This document shows, piece by piece, positions 57,684-64,000 of a stretch of 64,000 nucleotides of DNA. The notes under the pieces were generated by a model. That model did no database searches, was not told the origin of the DNA, and worked only from the letters and a program-made list of their open reading frames with translations. The first letter of the stretch is position 1, and each line of letters starts with the position of its first letter. The translations under genes and the position numbers were made by a program. The stretch lies in assembly GCF_963853765.1 (NCBI RefSeq), contig NC_088854.1, forward strand, positions 51,212,001-51,276,000, written 5' to 3'. The DNA comes from Magallana gigas (lineage: Eukaryota).

Positions 57684-58165
57684 GGTGGTAAGGAACACTT
57701 GTCGATATTAATGTGGATTAGAGTAATATATTATAATTGAAATACTTTCGCCGGCTTAGAGTTATCTTTCACAGTATTCAACCAAAAAATACGTTTAAGA
57801 AAATTTGGAAAGTTAAAAAATTTATTGTCTTCAACGGGATTCGAACTCATGACCTACATGTTTGTAGTGAACCCACTAACCCACTGCAGATGTCGGTGAT
57901 GGGAAAGAAGCTATTTAAAAAACTATACTTGATTTTATTGTTTATTTTGTTAAATAATACGACACAACGTGAAGATGTCACATACCACATTACTTGTAAG
58001 TAATGAATTTTCCAATTAAATTAAATCTATTCATTTATCAAATTTTTCAAAAGAGCGGTCCCCATACAACTCGCCTCGGTTTAAATCAGCCAGTACCGGA
58101 ATTGCATGCTTCCAGATTTCCTTTTTTGCGTACTGCGTCATCAAAAAGTGGTGTATAGAGCCACC
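57684..58165. mobile_element. TTAA-flanked non-autonomous element (Kolobok/piggyBac-like) containing a tRNA-derived segment
   Basis: Left tta(t)-ggtggt, right agccacc-ttaa. The minus strand of 57835-57888 reads gcagtgggttagtgggttcactacaaacatgtaggtcatgagttcgaatcccg, with A-box-like and B-box (GTTCGAATCC) motifs. Confidence 0.5.
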
Positions 58166-60620
58166 TTAACTTTATTGGTCTTTATTCTGCAATATTGAAT
58201 TGATTTGTATTGGTCATTTTAGATAGAATAAAAAGATGACTTAAATGAGATTAATTTAGACACAATATCAATGTATCTGTAATTTATCATACTACTTTAA
58301 TATACCGAGACTCGATGGCACGGTTACATGAAGATGGATATTGGATGTCACTGGTAAGGACAAACTCGTGAAGTCCGTTCTCCTATGTCTATTTAACGTA
58401 ATTATATTTAACGGTATACTGTGCATATTCGCGGAGGATCAAATCCGATCACACAGCGAAAAAAGGATTAGGAAGCCGTTGGGATTTAACTGCTCGCTAG
58501 TCTGGATGGTATACAACCCAATAAAATCTACAAATCGGTAGCTTAAATTTATTAACTGCCTTTTAACAAGTTTAGACGTTATCACTTTTTTAAAAATGGT
58601 ATAAAATGATTTGTTCGAATGCACAGGACGGATATAATTAAATGCCTTACACAGACTGTCTGGCACGTGACAGTAGGAGCATGGAATGTAGGACACATGT
58701 TGTTTGTAAGATGATTTCTAGGAAGTGAACAAAAATGGCAGTTTTTCCCCATTTTCCACCAAATCTATGTAAGACCACGTTTTTCTAAAAGATTATAGAT
58801 TACAAAGCAACAGCATACTTAAAAATGAGATTTAGAAATGGAAGAATCACAATACAAAAAAAAAGAAGTTATAATTCGTATATCATACTTACATCATGTA
58901 TATAAGGATAACGCAGTTCGGGTCATTTTTTTAAGTATTGATAATATCGATAATATACTAACGGTAAGCACTTTTCGTTAAAAAAGAATTTTGGGGAACA
59001 TATTCATTATAAATTAATTTTGTTGTTTATTGTTTCAAAATCGTACAACATTAGGCATGCTGCATTTAACAGCCAAATACTCCCATATATATTCGTTTTA
59101 AAAAAAACAATGTCCCTTGATATGTCAGCAGCTCTTTTTTATTCAATGAAGCACGGAAAATCTGCCATAATATTGATAATTTTTAAATAATAACACATCG
59201 CGAGCTTGGACAGTTTGTAATGATCAGCATTGGCACAACATCGATGAAAGACCCGGTAACTGCAACAGTGATGTTTCTTTTAGTTAGTGACCCTGCATGT
59301 CAATGAATAATCATGACCCTGCATTTCAATGAATAATCAAAGTACTCAAAGTACAGATAACCGGGCTCATTTGACTATAAATGAGCCTCGGTTTTTATTC
59401 TACGGGGGTCATTATTCTTCTCTACACCGAATCTCTAATTAGGTTATTGTAATTTGTCCCAGGTTACCGATTCCGTTACTTTTTGACAAACTTTAACAGA
59501 ATTGTTCAATCAGCATCCGGTATTATATATTTAAAAATGTATATCACGTGACACGCGCTGTTCAGACGAGTAATATTATAAAAGGCAAAGCGAATTCACA
59601 CCAGATAAACAAGCGTACAGTACTTGTACATAAAACTTCAACGTGCCTGTTTTTTTCCAAATTCAATTATCCTTTTATGAAATATAAATCATACCCATCT
59701 TGGCCTATGAATGAGTATAATTGGGGTTTTTCAATGTTTGTTTTATATTTTTGCAACGAATGTATAAATAAGATTTTAAAAAATATGGCACAAAAGAATA
59801 ATTTAATGAAAAAAGGAGTTTAGACCCGTGGTCTGTACTTAGGGTAAAAAGGGGGTGAGTTGATCTGGTCTTCAAGCACCTGTAACTGGGTAAAATACAA
59901 AATGAAACTTTAAATATTTTTTGATTAATTTAAGGGGTCGTATTTCAAATCATTCTTTGCATTTACACACATTCTCAAATTTAGATTGATTGAAACAAAC
60001 GACTTGCACATTTTCATGCAAAACTAGCGCAAAAGGATGAACACTGATAGGTGGAATACAGAGGAAATCCCTGCAGAATCTATGATCAAATAGACAGTAT
60101 GAAAGTAGGGACATGCAATGTACTAGGACCCAAAGTACTACAGAATACAATGCTGGACAAGATTAAAAAACCGCATCTTGGTATAGTCAAAACAAAGCAT
60201 GTATCCATGATGTTCTCCTTCAACTGTTATACGATATTTGTGAATCTGTAAATTGTTAGCGTACGAAGAAAAGTGTATAACAAGAGGTACACTAAAGCTA
60301 TCAACAGGTTTCCTCAATGACATTGGTAGCAAGTACATGTAATAGAATTAAGCACCTTAGAGGGATAGTGTATCAAGTAAGATAAGCATACGCATAGCAA
60401 TAACTAAATAGAATACTAGTAGATACATAAGTCTCTGTAGAAAAGAAATACCATTAAAAACCGTGTCACTCTCATTTTTTTTCAAATGGCCATTAGGGGT
60501 TTTTTTACGTGGAAAATAACTTGCGATGCATGTTTATTAATTAACTTGCATGTATCTGGTTTTGCATGAATTTTTAATTAACTCCCCATTATTATTTGTG
60601 GATCTTTAGAGAATATATAG

Positions 60621-60779
60621 GGTTACCGAAGTACATTGAGGGACGGGGGCATTGGATGTCGTCCTAGTCTGACAGCTGCAGCTATGGAGACTAGCCGGTC
60701 TCTGAGGGATCTGGGATTGTTCTCACTGTTCAGTAGTCGTCGTCAGTCAATTTCACGGCATTCCAGAACTGTCCACATG
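60621..60779 (+). other. Candidate upstream exon of the GPCR
   Basis: GC-elevated island with an AG at 60620, an ATG at 60684 (METSRSLRDLGLFSLFSSRRQ..VHM) and a phase-0 GT at 60780 compatible with the exon at 62321. The donor is weak (gttttg) and the peptide does not look like a signal peptide. Confidence 0.3.
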
Positions 60780-62107
60780 GTTTTGTTTAGATTACAAAGA
60801 TGGTTTTATGAAAGCTGCACCAGCTATATTAGTGCGCCCGTTTGGATTATGACAATTATGTCATAACATATGTAGAGGCTGGTCGTATTTAATATGAGAA
60901 CCTAGCCGTTATACCGATAACACAAATGGATGACATGGTCAATGAAAAGGTAGGAATTGCTCTGTTTTATTGTCTGCGACGAGCGATTTGTTTTAAGATA
61001 AAAAACTCCTCATCCAAAACTTCTTTTAAAGACAAAAACTCCATATCCAAATTTTTTTGGGGAAAATGCATTTTAACGATGAATTATTTTTGATAAATGA
61101 ACTTAAGATTCGCAGATTTTAATCAACATAACTTGGATCAAGGAACCAATGTACCATATGCATAGAAGTATCATTTTTATAACTAAGACTTTGTATTTTC
61201 ATCAATCAAAAAATAGTATTACAAATAATTTAGTTATATATACTCAGTTATTATTACACTCAGTTATTGATAGTTCATAAAAAAAACATGAGCGAATAAT
61301 ATACCAACTGTCTATTGCCTTTATTTGAATTATACTATTTAAAAAATTTACTGCATTATATATAACATTTTAATTGAATCGTGCAAATCAATATCTCCTC
61401 CTTTAATCGGTATAATTCTTTAAATAAACACAAAGAAAAATTGTTGAAATTTTTCATGGTTTTAACGTTTAAAGCTTTGGTGGACCAGGTGCTCAAAACA
61501 GTAATCCATGGTGACAGAAATAACGATATTTATTTATAATGCATTTACCATGAGTGTATAAACTGTTATTGTTTTTCTGAAACATTCAAAATTTAAGGTT
61601 TTGCTACAAAATATATTTACATATCAATCCAATGTTTTTTCTTTGCTTTTTAATCAGACCTTGACAATTTAAAGACTTGCTACATTAAATTATGATCTTT
61701 GAATTTCACAAAAAGTCAAAAAAAAACCAAAAAAAAAAAAACACCGAAATTTTAACACGCACACCACTTGTACAGGTATCAAACTGTTTCAAATATTGAA
61801 CCTATTTTTAAAAGCGGTTACTTCGGACTAACTAATCATAGTTGAGGAAGAATTTTTTGAAAGGGAAATAAGATATGTTTACTTTTTAGTTTCATTTCGT
61901 CTATTTCACTCTTAGCCGCTTTTTTCGCCCATTTTCTTAATAAAATTATTGATTTGTTGGCTATTGTATTTCAAAAAAAATTATTACAATGCAGTCGATA
62001 ACAGCTGTTTTATAAATTCGAAATTATACTCAGTACAGCCAGACCATTAGGCATTTACATTATCTTAACCCTGCACACACTTTATTTATTATTATTTAGT
62101 TAGTTAG

Positions 62108-62110
62108 TTT

Positions 62111-62169
<59 letters not shown>

Positions 62170-62172
62170 TTT
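62108..62172. repeat. (TTTA)n microsatellite
   Basis: Tandem attt units. Confidence 0.93.
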
Positions 62173-62320
62173 TTTGCTTCAGTGAATATTCTGAGTAGTA
62201 AACCATGTAAACCAAGCATAAATATTTGAACAACATGCAATTTCTCGGTATATTTACATCTTTTTAAAGTCATTTCCATAGAAAACGAAAAGTGTTTCTA
62301 GGTAACGAGATTTTGAATAG

Positions 62321-63792
62321 GTATACAGAGCAACCTTGCATGAGCAGTATGAGGGTTTACGGGAAGCCGAGCGCCAGTGTAGACTGATGATTCATCGACA
62401 CCATGCAACGTCAGGTAATCTACGTCATTTAGATCTATTATGAATAAAAAAAAAAACAATAGACGTAAAGAAAGTCTCTCTATGATAAATATGTAGTCAC
62501 AGAACACAAATATGTGATGTAAACGCCTGTATCAATAATTGGGTACATTTTTTAAAGAATGAAATCTTGATTATATTTCATTTTGATACTTCATGTTCAT
62601 ATAAAAAGTTTGAAGAAAATATCCCTGTCCAAATAAAGACTTTAAAATGTTCCTAAATAAAAATTACGTGTGTTTTTCAAAATTAAATACGCATTTTTAC
62701 TTTGCCGTGCCAATAGAATTGAATGTTTAGTGTAGCAGTTCAGTCGGTAAACCCGATAATCTATTCGAACACACCCTAAAAACAATCAAGCATGAACTAT
62801 AAAAAAATAGCAATAATAGCAATATCATTTACTCACACTTTCACGTTGATTTTGCAAATAACAGATTGTTCATACTATCGCCCGTTAACCCAAATAAATG
62901 TCTTGATACAGATGAACAGCATTACGACTTTGGTGTCTTTTCGTAGATTTGACCTGTCCCCCCGTGTTTGATAATGTCATGTGCTGGAATGTGACCAGGG
63001 CTGGAACCAACGCCTCCCAGCCATGCCCAGGCTACATCGACAACTTCCGTATCAACGGTAATTATCACTTTATGAACAATGCCACAAATGTGTATTTGAG
63101 TTAGTGAAACTTCTATTGAAAAGCTCAAACACACAGCGTAATTTTGTGAAAATACACAACTGTATCAGTCTGTAAGTCATACCATGAAACGTTTTACCTT
63201 GCGGAAAATATTTTGTTAATTCTATAAAACGCACGATTCGATAGGTCTTGACGGCGCACCCGACTGTAATACTGTGCAATCATTGTAATACAGCATCACT
63301 GTGTCATCAATGTATAAAATATCACTGTACCAACAATGCATACAGCTACTGTGTAACAAATACGGTGTAATCATTGTAGTTAATATAAATTTGTTAATTC
63401 AATATCATATCACCGTTTAATCATTGTACACACTATCGAAGTATATCCAGTCAAACGTTATAACCAATATATATTTTAGGGTTGGCAATACGAAGGTGTA
63501 TGGAGAACGGAAGTTGGTACGTGAATCCGGAAACCAACAGTTCATGGACAAACTTCACCGACTGTTTTCCGGACCAAAGCAAGCGCAACTCCGTTAATGT
63601 AAAACGATTAGTCTAGATATCAGTAATAAATATCATGCCAGATCACAAATGTGAACGTTAACAAAATAACTCTATCTGTTTTATGTTTCAGAATTCACTA
63701 AACATCATACAGACGATACAAGTGACAGGCTACACGATATCAATAGTGTCCCTTGTACTGGCCCTGGTGATCCTACTTCGTTATAGATACAG
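62321..63792 (+). CDS. Class B1 (secretin-family, PTH-receptor-like) GPCR: extracellular domain and TM1 exons; continues past the window end
   Basis: Exons 62321-62414 (VYRATLHEQYEGLREAERQCRLMI..), 62947-63057 (LTCPPVFDNVMCWNVTRAGTNASQPCPGYI), 63480-63598 (AIRRCMENGSWYVNPETNSSWTNFTDC) and 63692-63792 (IQVTGYTISIVSLVLALVILLRYR). These give the six-Cys hormone-binding domain pattern plus a TM1 GY.IS motif. Confidence 0.9.
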
Positions 63793-64000
63793 GTTTATTA
63801 TAAAGTTAACACATTTACTTAAATTATTTGCAAAATGGCTCTAAAGAAACAGTGCTCGAATAAAGAGGTGAACACAGCAGTTCTTTTGTTAAGATAGTGG
63901 TAATGTTTTCTAGATCGTTAACAGCCAAGCTAATAATTTATGATACTATTTATTACATAGTGCTTGTTTGGGAGGGAAATAGTTGAAGTTGACACCCGAG

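Noticed and set aside
57835-57888. Functional tRNA gene
   Set aside because: A- and B-box-like motifs are present, but there is no complementary acceptor stem or complete cloverleaf. It is treated as a tRNA-derived fragment.
58341-58541. ORF with a hydrophobic, signal-like segment
   Set aside because: It starts at TTG with an in-frame stop just upstream, and I found no donor linking it to the GPCR. It is kept only as a mention in the GPCR finding.
59360-59393. Hairpin accgggctcattt-gactat-aaatgagcctcggt
   Set aside because: An isolated short stem without supporting element ends or gene context.
62298-63134. Minus-strand ORFs 62298-62507 and 62922-63134, which can even be spliced together in frame
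   Set aside because: They are antisense shadows of the plus-strand GPCR exons, which carry the diagnostic Cys/Trp pattern.

Overview
AT-rich, intron-rich animal genomic DNA. It is most likely a bivalve (oyster-like), inferred from a ~166-bp HindIII-type satellite carried inside a Helentron-like element and from the repeat landscape. The supplied ORF track is mostly exon fragments or antisense shadows, so I rebuilt genes by hand from GT/AG sites and intron phases. Eight protein-coding loci are supported. (1) A secreted SRCR-MAM-SRCR-vWA protein (-, runs off the left edge). (2) ABCB6/HMT-1 half ABC transporter (-). (3) A chymotrypsin/elastase-type serine protease (-). (4) An unrecognised 120-aa four-exon protein (+). 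(5) An unrecognised ~1,300-aa protein with a BC-box-like motif, a TPR-like helical region and a beta-rich C-terminus (-). (6) RNF41/NRDP1 E3 ligase (-). (7) An unrecognised 483-aa protein with four internal repeats and a C-terminal CaaX motif (+). (8) A class B1 (secretin/PTH-type) GPCR (+, runs off the right edge). Introns and intergenic DNA hold many non-autonomous Helitron/Helentron-like elements, MITEs, minisatellites and recent tandem duplications. There are no prokaryotic features (no CRISPR, rRNA or true tRNA). The best leads are the three unrecognised proteins and a Helentron-like element whose two ends bracket coding exons of the large gene.
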